DNA of 64,000 nt from Octopus vulgaris. Its lineage: Eukaryota. The DNA lies in contig OX597825.1 in assembly GCA_951406725.2 (NCBI GenBank), positions 63,364,001 to 63,428,000 of the forward strand. Reading direction: 5' to 3'. Below the pieces are notes generated by a model. The model saw only the letters and a program-made list of their open reading frames with translations. It ran no database searches and was not told where the DNA came from. The translations under genes were made by a program, and so were the position numbers. Of this stretch, positions 42,711-57,954 are shown piece by piece (within the stretch, counting starts at the first letter, position 1; the number at the start of each line of letters is the position of its first letter).

Positions 42711-42829
42711 TCACCGTGATCACCGTGACCGACGAGGCTATCAGATGTTGCTACACATCACTGGTCACAATGCGCTTCGCATTGTTTTAGCCTTCAAATG
42801 ATGCCAGCCCACTGGCTAAGCGAGCAGGC
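42711..42829 (-). mobile_element. Isolated SINE C type-2 tail (RTE-derived)
   Basis: Reverse complement of 53648-53773 and 55454-55565. Confidence 0.85.
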
Positions 42830-42949
42830 ATTTTTTTTAAAGGAACTGCGACGAGAACTGCGACTGAACCTGGAACCATGTGAATGAGGAAACGAGCTTC
42901 TTACCACTCAGCCATGCTTGAGCCTATGTATGTATGTATGTATGTTATA

Positions 42950-43170
42950 TGGCTCATAATAATGAGGTACTAAGTTCGATTCCCGGAGCGGGCTGTGTGT
43001 TGTGTTCTTGAGCATGACATTTATTTCATGTTGCTCCAGTTCACTCAGCTTTCTCTTGGAGAGGGGGCTAGTATGCATCGGCGACTGCTGGTCTTCAGTA
43101 GACATCCTTGCCTGGAATTGTACCTCGGAGAGTAACTTTCTATGTGCAATCCCATGGTCATTCATGACCA
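42950..43170 (+). mobile_element. Degenerate tRNA-derived SINE, another family
   Basis: B box aagttcgattccc followed by gtgttcttgagcatgaca...gttgctccagttcactcagct. Confidence 0.6.
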
Positions 43171-43337
43171 TATGTGTATATGTTTTTTTTTTTTTATATA
43201 TTTGGGTGTGAGTGTATATACAATTCAGTATGTGGCATATTTCCGACAAAGTTAAAATTAAAGGACTTATTTCTGAATAACATAAAGAATCACGCACCAA
43301 ATACTTGAAAACTGTGTCGATGTATTAATCGTAAGGT

Positions 43338-43732
43338 TACTCTTAAACTCTTTTACTTGTTTCAGTCATTTGACTGTGGCCATGCTGGAGCACCACTTTT
43401 AGTTGAGCAAATCGACCCCAGGGATTATTCTTTGTAAGTCTAATACTTATTCTATCGGTCTCATTTGCCGAACCGCTAAGTAACGGGGAGGTAAACACAC
43501 CAGTATCGGTTGTCAAGCGATGTTGGGGGGATAAACACAGACACACAATCATATATATATACATATATAAGACGGGCTTCTTTCAGTTTCCGTCTACCAA
43601 ATCCACTCACAAGGCTTTGATCACCCCGAGGCTATAGTAGAAGGTACTTGCCCAAGGTGCCACGCAGTGGGACTGATCCCGGAACCATGTGGTTGGTAAG
43701 CAAATATCTTACCACACAGCCACTCCTGCGCC
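43338..43732 (-). mobile_element. SINE family B, full-length
   Basis: Reverse complement of 27003-27420. Confidence 0.92.
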
Positions 43733-43929
43733 CACTACACAGCCACTCCTGAGCCCACTATACAGCCACTCCTGCGCCCACTACACAGCCACTCCTGCGC
43801 CTACTACACAGCCACTCCTGCACCCACCACACAGCCACTCCTTCGCCCACCACAGAGCCACTCCTGCACCCACCACACAGCCACTCCTTCGCCCACCACA
43901 GTCCTGCGCCCACCACACAGCCACTCCTG
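43710..43929 (-). repeat. 23-bp minisatellite (about 10 units) derived from the SINE B 5' end
   Basis: Unit cac(c/t)acacagccactcctgcgcc is the reverse complement of the SINE B start ggcgcaggagtggctgtgtgg. Confidence 0.92.
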
Positions 43930-44339
43930 TTCTAAGTTTTAATGGCGCATATTCATATAGTATTTAAGATTATTCTCGATTATAATGTATTTGAATAATT
44001 CTATAGAAGACAAGACGCACAGGAACTGTTAAGGGTACATCAGGAGACGTTGGCCCAAACTAAACTAAACAAATATATGTGTGTATGTGTGTGAGCATGC
44101 ATGTGTGGGTGTATGTGTATGTATGCGTATGTGTGTATGCTTATTAGAGTGTGTGTATGTATGTAAAAATAACCTTATTTGGAAAGGATGTAGCAAAGTA
44201 GTAGGATATCAAAAGCGGATCAAGATGAAAACATCTTTAGCATTTTATCTACTTTGGCAAAGCAGTGTTTATGACAATATACAAGATCTTAGAGATAAGT
44301 GAAGAAGTTATCTTCATATCAGAAATCTCAGCAGAATTA

Positions 44340-44897
44340 AGGCGGCGAGCTGCAGAAACGTTAGCACGCCGGGCGAAATATGTAGCCGTATTTCGTCTGC
44401 CGTTACGTTCTGAGTTCAAATTCCGCCGAGGTCGACTTTGCCTTTCATCCTTTCGGGGTCGATTAAATGAGTACCAGTTACGCACTGGGGTCGATATAAT
44501 CGACTTAATCCGTTTGTCCGTCCTTGTTTGTCCCCTCTGTGTGTAGCCCCTTGTGGGTAGTAAAGAAATAGGTATTTCGTCTGCCGTTTCGAGTTCAAAT
44601 TCCGTCGAGGTCATTCCGGGGTCGATTAAATAAGTACCAGTTACGCACTGGAGTCGATATAATCGACTTAATCCGTTTGTCCGTCCTTGTTTGTCTCCTC
44701 TGTGTGTAGCCCCTTGTGGTATTTCGTCTGCCGTTTCGAGTTCAAATTCCGCCGAGGTCGACTTTGCCTTTCATCCTTTCGGGGGTCGATAAATTAAGTA
44801 CCAGCTACGCACAGGTGTCGATGTAATCGAATTAATCCATTTGTCTGTCCTTGTTTGTCCCCTCCATGTTTAGCACCTAGTGGGCAATAAAGAAATA
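44340..44897 (+). mobile_element. SINE family A trimer
   Basis: Units 2 and 3 restart at ggtatttcgtctgccgtttcgagttc; TSD aaatctcagc(a/c)gaat at 44323-44337 and 44902-44916. Confidence 0.9.
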
Positions 44898-45169
44898 AAA
44901 AAAATCTCAGCCGAATGCTAGCAATAGGTTCAATCCTCGCAAAAATACCCAACGTTTAGGCGGTAGTGTGAAACAAAGTGAGAGATTGTGTCTGCCAACC
45001 ACGGATGTACCTACCAAGAAATGGTACACAATATGAAATGAAAGGTGAGGATTGTGGTCATAACCTATAAGACCTGAAACGCTGTCAATATGTTTTTAAA
45101 ACCACCACAACAACAAATGCAACAATAACAATTGTAAGATGAATCGCAACAATATTAACAGAAAAATAA

Positions 45170-45840
45170 CTACAGCGTTGTACAAGAATGGTGGCAGACA
45201 ACTTGTAAGTAAGCTGTGCAAATTGATCTGTTTTTTTCTAGGAAACTGGATCTGTTCTCCAAAAGGTCAAAGACGCATCTGTAATGCACTTGTAGAAAAA
45301 TAAGTGGAAGAAGACTGTATTCAATAATCACAGGGGAATAAGCTTGTTGTGCGTAGCTGGAAATATTCTTGCGCATCAACAAACATGTAATAAACAGCAC
45401 ATTTCCTGAATCCCAATGTGGACATTGGGCTGGGAGATGCACAGTCGACATGATTTTTGCGCTCCGACAAGTTTAAGAGAAAGCATGTAAACAAAATACT
45501 GATTTGTACTTGGTCTTTGTCGATTTGGCCAAGTCCTTGATACGGTGAACAGTGAGGCACTATGGAAAATTTCGTTCAAAGATAGCCTTCCTGATAAAAT
45601 GAAAAGTGTAATTGTATCTCTACATAAAAAAAATGATAGCAACAGCGGTATCTAGTAATCAATTTTTAGAGGCATATTCTGTTGCTACTGGAACCAAACA
45701 AGGATGTGTTTCAGCCCCTGCGCTTTTTACCAAATTTCTTCCCTGATGCTCTAACATACTTTCAAGTATTACCATGATATAAAATTCCAGTCTTTTGTAG
45801 GAGGTATACTAAATTTGAAGGGGCAACGTTTCAGATCAAA
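45170..45840 (+). pseudogene. RTE-type LINE reverse transcriptase fragment
   Basis: LYKNGG...NNHRGISLLCVAGNILA...PESQCG..GRCTVDMIFALRQ...LYLVFVDLAK..DTVN.EALW...GTKQGCVSAPALF, with stops and frameshifts. Confidence 0.9.
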
Positions 45841-45844
45841 GATA

Positions 45845-45884
<40 letters not shown>

Positions 45885-46176
45885 ATATAACAATGATATT
45901 ATTATTATGATTTTTTGACAACAAAAGTAGTGATAATGGTGAATGTAATTGTAACTGTAGGGAACTAAATATAAGTCCGTTAAGTAGACTATGTCTCTAG
46001 CAGAACGTAGTGTGCGAATGGCTAGTTGTTAGAGTTAATAAATGTACTATTAGAAAACTCGAATTTATAACAATTTAGACATCGAAAGAAAGAAACCGCC
46101 ACATCACTTAGCAAGCTAATTTGGTAACCTAAGGACAACAAAAAATAGATGTGATTTAGAATGGTCTGCATAATAT

Positions 46177-46227
<51 letters not shown>

Positions 46228-46938
46228 TAATGCAAAACTGACATCATAATGACAAATTATATGACTCGGTGCCAGTACACGTTACTCGGTACAGATTCCA
46301 CTTATACATGTATGTATACCTGGATCGGATAATTTCTAATTGCATTGAGACATGCAATTTGTCACAATGATGTCAAACCAGATAGTGATACTTTGAAGTA
46401 CTTTAATACATACGGATCAAATCTGCCTAATAAATAATAGGTAATGCATCCACTACATCAGACTTTCCTTCGTTGATGCACTTCCTATTATATTACATAC
46501 ACCTGAACCGTACTATCAACTGAATCAAAAATAACTAGTAGTTGAATTGACTTCATTATGACTCAAAGACAGAAGAGCCTAGCTAATTCAGCCCTCAATT
46601 ATAAGGATACTCAAACATGATTTGGAATGCTTTGTTATTTTTTAGATACACATATACATTCACATCCACACCCACACACACATATGTGTGTGTGTATGTG
46701 TATGTATATGTATATATATGTATTATGCATCTATATATGTGTATATACATATATGTGCATATATGTATATATTTATGTATATCTAGGCATGTATCCTTGT
46801 ATGTATATACATAATTTTGCATAGGCAGAATAATTCAAACAGGTATAACCCTTGTAAGTTTCGTGCGTGGCACTTATCACGAAACACTCGGTTCTTCAAT
46901 CACTCTTCTATCTTTCTGCCACAATGAGAACCATAATT

Positions 46939-47087
<149 letters not shown>

Positions 47088-47834
47088 GTGTATGGATGGA
47101 TGGATCTATGGATGTATGTATTTGCGTGTATACGTATAGTTTAAAGAGCAGGTTTCATATCCCTTAACCGTCATCTTCGTGCTCCAAACATTATAGTTGA
47201 TTGTATTCAATTGCAGTTTTGAATCGGAAGCCGAAAGGTCACATTCTCATGTTGATAATACTTTTGTAAAAAGCGTGGAGTCAGCAGCACGCACGTATTG
47301 CCACACATCCCATGTAAACAGGATTATTTATGCGTTTGTGTGTGTGCATCCGTCAGTGTGTGTTTGTGTGTGTGTATGTGTGTGTGTGTGCGAGTACGTA
47401 TATATTGTGTTTATCACATGCTGCTTTCACATAAGAATATATCTATCTAAGGACCACACGTGAAACTCGATTGCTAAATATTTCACAAAACACAATCTAT
47501 GTCTCTACTCTCAAGGGAAATCAAATTGTTTTCCATGTGTTCTTGTGACTTAAAGCAGTATTTTGCCTGCAATTTGCTTTCATCTTACACAGAAGATGAA
47601 ATTAGTGTTAAAATTGGAACTACATCAGGTGTTCGAAGTATTAAGACTTGTACTCGTATATGCATGGGTTATCAGATTATTTCTTTTGTTCGTTATTGAT
47701 ATCACCAATTCGGATTCTCTCCGAATAGAGTTAATTTTTTCATGTATGAACATGCAGTAGGCCAATGTGATATGTATTCCATTGTAAATATTTGTATATA
47801 TACATATATATATATATATGTCTGTATATATATG

Positions 47835-47913
<79 letters not shown>

Positions 47914-48547
47914 TAGATGTGTGTGTATGTATGTGTATAGCTTCATATTACTGTGATATGCACTAACTTATTTGAGGTGCGATCTTCATTTCCAGTTTTT
48001 GTTTCAAAGAATATTATGCAGATCTTGAGAAAAAATAACAGGAAAAATAAACAAAGAGAAATGCAAAATTGAAAAATAAACGAAATAATATTAAGAATTG
48101 TTTCAAAATGTGGCAAAATGATAACAATTTTATGGACTTAGATTGACAATTTTATAGTCGATTGTCCCAGCACCATTATTTTTTTTATCGAAACCGGAAA
48201 AGTGAAAGGCAAGTTGTGTACGAACCCAGAATGTAATAAACTGGAAGAAATGCTGCACCACACTTTGGCGCTCTAATTATTCTGCCCGTGTTTTAAATGT
48301 TTGCACAGAAACATTAATATTTATGGGGAAAGGATTAGTCTATACTCTTGACTCTAGAACTGGTACTATAGTTTATTGGTCTAGGAAGGATGAAATGCAA
48401 ATTCTGATCCAGCAAGATTTGAACTGCATTCAATAGAGAAAATATCCCCAAAGCATTTTCCCGACGCACTTAATGCTCCTGGCAGCTCACTGCGCTTAGT
48501 AATACTTATTTTTGATTGAGACCAGTGGGAAGAAACGAGAAGTTACT

Positions 48548-48995
<448 letters not shown>

Positions 48996-48999
48996 GTGA

Positions 49000-50640
49000 T
49001 TGCGTGTGTGCGATGGTTTGTGTTTCAGGTGTTAGAGGTAGTGGTGTCGATGCATTTTTTGTTTTGCGGGTACTTGTTTCTGTTGCTTTGATATATTTTG
49101 TTTCTTCTTCAATTGTGGATGAGGGTTCTTGTTGTTTGTCCATATACTTCTTTTTTTTTTGTCACTTTTCTGTCTATGTTTTTGTTTTTAACTTCCACTC
49201 TTCATCGCGGTCCGACTCTCCACCTGTGACGTGCACCCGCTCCGCATCACAAAGTGGAACATCTTCGGGTGCAGAGAAGTGTTTGGGGTAACTCGGTGTC
49301 GGTATGGTTGTTGTTGTTATAAGGCGGCGAGCTGGCAGAAACGTTAGCACGCCGGGCGAAATGCTTAGCGGTATTTCGTCTGCGTTACGTTGTGAGTTCA
49401 AATTCCGCCGAGGTCGACTTTGCCTTCCATCCTTTCGGGGTCGATAAATTAAGTACCAGTTACGCACTGGGGTCGATGTAATCGACTTAATACCTATGTC
49501 TGTCCTTGTTTGTCCCCTCTGTGTTTAGCCCCTTGTGGGTAATAAAGAAATAGGTATGGTTGTTGTTGTTGGTGGTGCCTCGGCTGAACCTTCTGATGGT
49601 GATAGTGCTGCTGCTTTTGTCGCTGGAGTTTTGGCGACAGTTGTTGGTGTAGGGAGGAGAGCTGCCGTCTCTCTTTTACCTTAAATCTAAGGCAGAAGGC
49701 TTTTAGGTGGTTAGTTGAAAAGCTCATGTGGTACCTTGCTTTCCTTCCATCTACTCTAACTGGAATTATGCTGCCTCCAGGAAGAAGGATCTGATCCGGG
49801 ATGAGATTCACATTCCTTTGTGTCGTTTGTATGAAGACTTCTCTCGTAATCCCGGACCAGTTCACCTTTTTGATCTGACAGACTTGGAGATTTTCCTAGT
49901 TTTCCTCGAAGTCCATCATTACTGCAGCAATTAGCCTATGAATGGCTATTTCTGGCGGCACCTGTTGAATTATGATTTTAGCTAATCTCTGACCGCAATA
50001 GAAAAGAACTAACAATATCTCCTAACTTTTGGGGATATTACGTAAGAGTGTGACCTTTAGCTTCTTCATCGGTCCGGAATTGAACACCATTACACAGGCC
50101 CTTCATCTCTGTGTATATTCCTTTGGATTCCAGACGGAACCTGCAGCTCTCCACCAGGCGTCTAGCATTTTCAAGTTCCTCTTCAGAAAATTGTATCCTC
50201 TGAGGAGATGACTTGGCTACTCCAGCGAAAGAACGTTTCGATGAGCTAATCGAATCCATTGCACCGGTTTGTGTTGCAGCTCCTTCATTGTTTTTGTCAT
50301 TGCTGCTGTTTCATTTGTTGCTTCCGTTGCTGCTGTTGTGGTAATTAACGGTGCTGCTGATGTTGTTGTAACTTGCACTCAATTCGTCCGTTGCTTCGCT
50401 TTGCTGTTTTTATTTCGTAAAATGTTGTCAAAATCGGAGCCTTTGCTTTTCCTAAGATGTAAGAGATTCTTCTCGAAAAAAATTAGCTCTGTTGGCCTTT
50501 TCGGCCTTTTTTATTTTTTTCGACAAAAATACTGCTATCGTCTGTTCTAATTTTGCAGCCCGAAGTTGCTTCGCATGCTCGCACTCTCTCTCATTGATAG
50601 TTGGTGACGCTCCTCATCTTTCCACCTCTCTCACAAATGA
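49000..50640 (-). pseudogene. Non-LTR retrotransposon 5' region with decayed gag-like ORF1
   Basis: MDSISSSKRSFAGVAK... through IQQVPPEI...IPDQILL...IPVRVDGRKARYHMSFSTNHLKAFC (degenerate CCHC knuckle) and EEWKLK; interrupted by a SINE A; no RT follows. Confidence 0.6.
49322..49552 (+). mobile_element. SINE family A
   Basis: Full unit; TSD ggtatggttgttgttgtt at 49301-49318 and 49553-49570. Confidence 0.93.
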
Positions 50641-50874
50641 GCATCACCGGGTTTTGTGGTGTTTTCTCCATGTTGGTTGGGAAAATGCAAATAAATATGA
50701 TTAATGATCAAATTAAATTTACGGGTCCCCCAAAACTGGGGGACAAACAGAAAAATGAATTCACCACTCGACAACAAATAACTTGAAGGTTCAAATATTT
50801 TTCCCTATAAAATCTGCGGAGGGTTATCAAGCGTGGCTTGGCAGGCTGACGACCATAATAATAATAACAATAAC

Positions 50875-50975
<101 letters not shown>

Positions 50976-51002
50976 TAATAATAATAATAATAATAATAAT
51001 AA

Positions 51003-51559
51003 ATGCCCTGATGCAGTACCAGGCAATGGCTCTCGTGACTTCTGATCTTAACTGATTGAAAGTGTTATCATGTACATTGTTTTGTCTTGGAGTAAAAGAT
51101 GAGCTAACAGAAAATATTCTGCTCAATACCACAGATTTGCTTATCAGTTGTTTGACCTTAACCAGTTGAGCATGTCCCTTAGAGGCTGATGATATGTACA
51201 TCTCTGATCATGAGCAGAAGTAGTGAGGGAGCATCATAGCCATGTGTTGAGAGGGATTCTTAGTGGTTTGAATAATTCACTTCTGGAAACAAGGGTGTTT
51301 CGTTCAACAACCTTAAACAACCCGTATTCAGGGATCTTTTGAGTGGGATGGGTTACTCGACCGGAAGAAAATTCTAACTGGGCTCCATCTGCAAGGTCAT
51401 GTGCTGTTTATCTTGATATGAGATCACCATGTCGCGCACATATGGTTGTGCTGCATGTTCCTAGTGTACCCTTATCAGACGGGTAGTCATGATGGGTATA
51501 CTAGGCTTCGTATATATTACCCCAGTGTCACTTTGATTGCATGCACTGCTCTGTCACTC
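51003..51559 (+). mobile_element. About 550-bp non-coding element embedded in (AAT)n (family D)
   Basis: Homologous to 59853-60397 in opposite orientation; both copies flanked by (AAT)n-type repeats. Confidence 0.85.
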
Positions 51560-52449
51560 AATAATAATAATAATAATGGTGATAATAAGGGAGCCGTTCT
51601 GTATAACTCAAGCTTTTGCTGTTTGTCGCCGTGTATATTTTGGTGCTGTGCTACAAATTTATCTTAGAATTTGCTAGCCATGGGATATTTTCAGAAATAG
51701 CTTAGTTTTAGATTTAGCGTTTATATTATGCCACGTTCACCTAGGGCTATGTGTAAGTTTGATTTTTCTTACTACGTTGAGAGAAAAGTAAATGAATTTC
51801 GTGTTTAATTTCCTTAAAAGTATTTAACAAATAATATAATTAAGAAATTCAGAATTGTATGTTTGCTTTGTTCAGGAAGTTTCAAATAAATCTACTTAAA
51901 CGAATAAAATAATTTTCAAACTTAGAATGTATGGCACAGATTAAAAATAAAAATTCAAAGTAATTTGAAGGTCACGTTCTCCTTTTGCAAACACTTCTGC
52001 ATTTTCTAACCTGAGAAGGCACGCAAGCAGATGTGTGTGTGTGTGTGTATAAATATATATACACACATTAATACATACATATACACACACCCATACACAC
52101 ATATATACACACACACATATATATATATATATATACACATGCATACAAATATCTGTGAATAGTAGGTATGTATATCGCACACTTCATCCTATTTTACACA
52201 CACTATCACCCACACTTCCACTACAATGTCCAGTGCTACCTATCATCATCTCACTTATAATAACAAGCATATAGTATAGGCGTAGGAGTGGCTGTGTGGT
52301 AAGTAGCTTGTTTACCAACCACATGGTTCCGGGTTCAGTCCCACTGAGTGGCACCTTCGGCAAGTGTCTTCTACTATAGCCTCGGGCCGACCAAAGCCTT
52401 GTGAGTGGATTTGGTAGATGGAAACTGAAAGTAGCCCGTCGTATATATG

Positions 52450-52546
<97 letters not shown>

Positions 52547-52752
52547 GTGAAATAGAAAGATGAATAATCTTGTAGTAGATTAATCAAAAGTTTAACCGAT
52601 ACCTTAGTAGCAAAAATCACAGCAGTAAACAGCACGGTTGGAGGTACAACCATATGGTGTTGCAACCGTGCGTTGGTGCGGATAATTGAAATTAAAACAT
52701 TATTGGTGAATTGAAGAAATGGAGCTGAACGCAGATTGAACAGAAATCGTTT

Positions 52753-52846
52753 TATTTCATTCTACACGTGTTTCGAAAGGCACAAATTACCAAAATCCGA
52801 TTGAATAATGGGACCATATTGTGTCTTTCTCTTCAGGAAGAAAATA
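52753..52846 (-). ncRNA. Type I hammerhead ribozyme motif (mirror copy)
   Basis: Exact reverse complement of 53022-53115. Confidence 0.75.
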
Positions 52847-53021
52847 GGAAATCCGTTGGAAAAACAAAAACAGAACAGAGGCGGAGCAAAAACAAATCGA
52901 ACTATGCTCTAAGAGCCCATGGCGAACTGTGATAAACAGTTTCGCCATGGGCTCTTAGGAGCATAGTTCGATTTGTTTTTGCTCCGCCTCTGTTCTGTTT
53001 TTGTTTTTCCAACGGATTTCC

Positions 53022-53115
53022 TATTTTCTTCCTGAAGAGAAAGACACAATATGGTCCCATTATTCAATCGGATTTTGGTAATTTGTGCCTTTCGAAACAC
53101 GTGTAGAATGAAATA
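53022..53115 (+). ncRNA. Type I hammerhead ribozyme motif
   Basis: Stem I tattttcttc/gaatgaaata; CTGAAGA at 53032-53038; stem II gaaagacacaa/ttgtgcctttc; GAAA at 53094-53097; palindromic stem III ACACGTGT; GUA site with predicted cut after 53105. Confidence 0.8.
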
Positions 53116-53166
53116 AAACGATTTCTGTTCAATCTGCGTTCAGCTCCATTTCTTCAATTCACCAAT

Positions 53167-53773
<607 letters not shown>

Positions 53774-55069
53774 ATATATATATATGCGTATGTGTGTTTA
53801 TGCGTCTGTGTTTGTCCCCTTAGCATTGCTTGACAACCGATGCTGGTGTGTTTATGTCCCCGTTACCTAGCGGTTCGGCAAAAGAGACCGATAGAATAAG
53901 TACTGGACTTACAAAAGAATAAGTCCCTGGATCGAGTTGCTTGATTAAAGGCGGTGCTCCAGCATGGCCGCAGTCAAATGACTGAAATAAGTAAAAGAGT
54001 AAAAGAGTAAGAGTACACCTACTATTTCCAGCATCTTCTAATTTCGTCACCTCTATTCCTCCTGATATCTCTATCGGGAATGTCTTACATAACCTCTTCA
54101 TCCACACATTAAAATAGAGGACACACCTACACACACATTATGTGCGCATAATCTCATTTACATACACACTCATTAGCACAGACACACATACATGTCTGAT
54201 AACCAGATGCACAATCGCGCGCCAAAACAGAAAACAGGGGCAGCCAAACACTCGCGCTTCATACACAAATACTTGCATGCGTAAACGTATGTCTAATGAC
54301 CTCATGCACACATTCGTGGAAACAGAAAACCTGAATACACATATCTCTGACAGCCTCACATGCGCTCGCTTGTATACACAAAGAAGCATGCGTCGAATAT
54401 TTTCATACATATACTTACACCAGACAATCGCATGACACACATAAACACAAACATGTTCACACTTACAAGCCAGTGCATACATACATACATACATACATAC
54501 ATACATGCATGCATACATACATACATATATACATACATACATACATACAAACATACATGCATACATACATACATACTTATATACATACATAACTTCATAC
54601 ATACATACATACATACAAAAACACAGAGTATACACGGACACAATAGTTTCACATAGACACGTACTTGCTCATGCACACATAAGCTAGGTGTGATACTGTC
54701 ATCCTTGCCAACCACGTCTCAAATCACCTCACATAATTTACCACTCATGTCACACATGGCTCTAGCAACCTCTTCCTGTTCCGGTCATTTCTGCATGCTG
54801 TTGCCGTGTAATTGTAATGCTTTTTGTTCTTTGATCTCTCAATTTTCCCTCTCTTCGCTTACTCTTTATATAGAAGAACGAATGCGTGAAACGTAAATGA
54901 CTTTCGCTTTTAACTTTCCTGAGTATAAACCTGTGATTTTGTTATTTTACATCTTCGTAGTATATGTAACTTTTGCATCATACATCTTCACACATATATA
55001 CATAAATATGCACATGCATATATACATACATACACACTTACATACATATATACATACATATATATATAC

Positions 55070-55125
<56 letters not shown>

Positions 55126-55203
55126 ATATGTATGTATATGTATATACATATATACATGTATATACATATATCTAGATATAGATAGATAGAAAGATAGATA
55201 TAC

Positions 55204-55565
<362 letters not shown>

Positions 55566-55599
55566 TATATATATAAATACACACGCGCCCACACACACA

Positions 55600-56100
55600 A
55601 ATGTATACAAAATCTCAAGGCAGTATCTCAGAGGCTTTTGTATTTTTTGTCTAGATATCCTATGGTTTTCATAGACGTCACATAGTATTGCGAATGTGGA
55701 AAATATAAGTTTACAGACATTTAGCATCCCATGAACTGAGGCATTTCAATCAACTTTTCCAGAATCTTCCTATTATTAACATCTTTGCAAATGTCAAAAA
55801 ATCAAAGAAGGAAACTGCGAAATGACTACCTTGGTATCTTTTCTTTTTGATTCTGCCTATATTTCTTTCAAACTCTCGTCAAGTCAGCATTACATTTACA
55901 TTAAACTTAAGAAAGGATTAGGATGTGCTTACTGTCACGAGGTATAAAACTACAGGTGTTGTAACAGATGAAGCAGCTGCACTATACACATAGATACAGT
56001 CAGAATTCATTACTTTGTATCTACCCTAAAATGCTGATATATATATATATATATATATATATTGTGGATCAAAATCTAGATGTGATGAAGCAAAACTATA
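55600..56100 (-). pseudogene. Second, deleted CMC/Chapaev-like remnant
   Basis: FDICKDVNNRKILEKLIEMPQFMGC*MSVNLYFPHSQ (LGCNMSxKxHFLHSH-like) then KKYKSL*DTA; 36-bp motif at 56062-56097 identical to 59640-59675. Confidence 0.55.
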
Positions 56101-57954
56101 TATGCTTGAGAAACTTCTGGTTATTTAAAGTGGATTTTTTCGAAAGTTTCTTGTAAGTTTTTACAAACTACTTTGTTAATACCAATTTTATATGATGTGC
56201 TATGCAGGAGACTTTTCCAGCTCCACAAGGGGATAATATTTAGCGTTCTTGTTTGTAATTCCTCCCATGAGTGTCACTGAACTTTCTAATTGCTATGCTA
56301 TCATGTAAACAATATTTCCACTGTGAAAACCAAACATAGACTCACGCCTCTTGAATTCCCACTGCACAGGTTCTGAGAATTCGCTTTCACGGACACCATT
56401 GCTCAACTGATAAAATATAGTGAGGGTCTAGCACTATTTCAGAAGTTCAATGCTCGACGTAGTTCTGGGATTGACAGAAAACTGAAATTCTGTGAAAGAG
56501 ACAAACTGCAGTGAATTGTACAACACAAACAAACGTCACATACTTTTATGGAGTCTGTCTGCAAAGGTGTCGGCTTCATCTGGGATTCCCATGGAATAGT
56601 TGTTAGCACATGGATCTCTTACGGAACAAAACCTGTGTTTTCCATTATAAGTGAAAAAACAAAAAGGTTATCTTATCTTATGAGAGAGAGTACCACAGTC
56701 AGGTGGGATCACAATTTGGAAATGACGTAGCAAAGATGACGCAATAAGAAGTAATTTCAATCTGAATACCACTTCTCAAACAATTTCTGATAAAGCGATT
56801 TCTCAGACCATTTCTGAAACAGAAATGGTCCGAGAAATGTTCGCAATGTCTTCTTAAGTTTTCTCTACTCGGAGTTCTGGTCTGAACCGCATATCTGAAT
56901 ACATCAACCGGACACACTGAAGCCGCCACTGATCAGCATGTATTTGTCTCTCCAGACACTGGGTTGCAAATCTAACAGCTTATTTCACTCGATTTCTGCT
57001 CTAGTAAGCTTCTGGCGCGGCTTCGGTGTAGTGGCATAAGAAAAAAACTTCAACAACAGTAATGATAATAAAAGGAAGAAGAGAAAGAAAATGAAGATTA
57101 GATGCAAAGGTATAAAAAGAGGAAGCAGCACAAGGGTGATAAGAACAGAAGAGGCAGCAGGAAAGCAAGTATTTCAGAAAGGAAAATAACCACATATGCA
57201 TCGATGCATATGTTATTAAATTAGTGAGGTTGTATGCTATGGTGGCAATCTCTTCTGATATCACTGACTCTGATAACGTTTATGCTTGTTGGCATAGGAT
57301 TAAATATGTCACCGAGTCTTAGAAATATGCTAAGGTGTGATTACAAAAAGAGTTTGATCCTTTTGAACGTGTTTCCTAAGGAAATTATCAAATTATCATG
57401 AAAATAATGAAGGTGGAATAAATGAACAATGAAATAGCAAGGCTGTATTTGATGTGAATGAAAAGTAAATCTTATAGCGATATGTACACTCATCAATAGA
57501 AAGGAAGTCAGTAGTTAAAATCTAGTCATGTACACGTGATACATAGAAAATCATACTCCTATTGGAATAGATACAATTAGTAAGAAAATATATATTAACC
57601 TTAAAGACTAACAAAGCTAATAAATCTAGAAAAAAATATTAAGTTATACAATTAAATGAAAATTCCTTAAATTTAATAAAAGATATAAATAAAATAATTA
57701 GATTTGGATACTGAAAAATAAATAAATATATAAATATATATATTACATAGTTTTTCCTGAAACAGATCTCATAGATACTGCTTCCTCCACCTCTCGAAGT
57801 GAAGATGAGGAAGACACCGCCAAAACCGCCAAAACAAAAAAACGTGAAAGCTCACACTAGGAAACACAGGAAACGTTCGCACAACAAAAACAGAAAGATC
57901 GAAAACAACGCAAGCACACCAGCTCCACAGCAGTCAACACAAGCTCAACTCCAA

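Noticed and set aside
43710-43929. CRISPR-like regular repeat
   Set aside because: Units are contiguous with no unique spacers and derive from the adjacent SINE; eukaryotic context with no cas genes.
55800-55910. Apparent scrambled order of transposase motifs (KRYQG before the HSH motif)
   Set aside because: Another frame gives a collinear match (DESLKEI..KVVISQF), so KRYQG is probably chance.
56699-56929. ORF with faint resemblance to a hAT dimerisation domain
   Set aside because: Similarity is too weak to call without a profile search.
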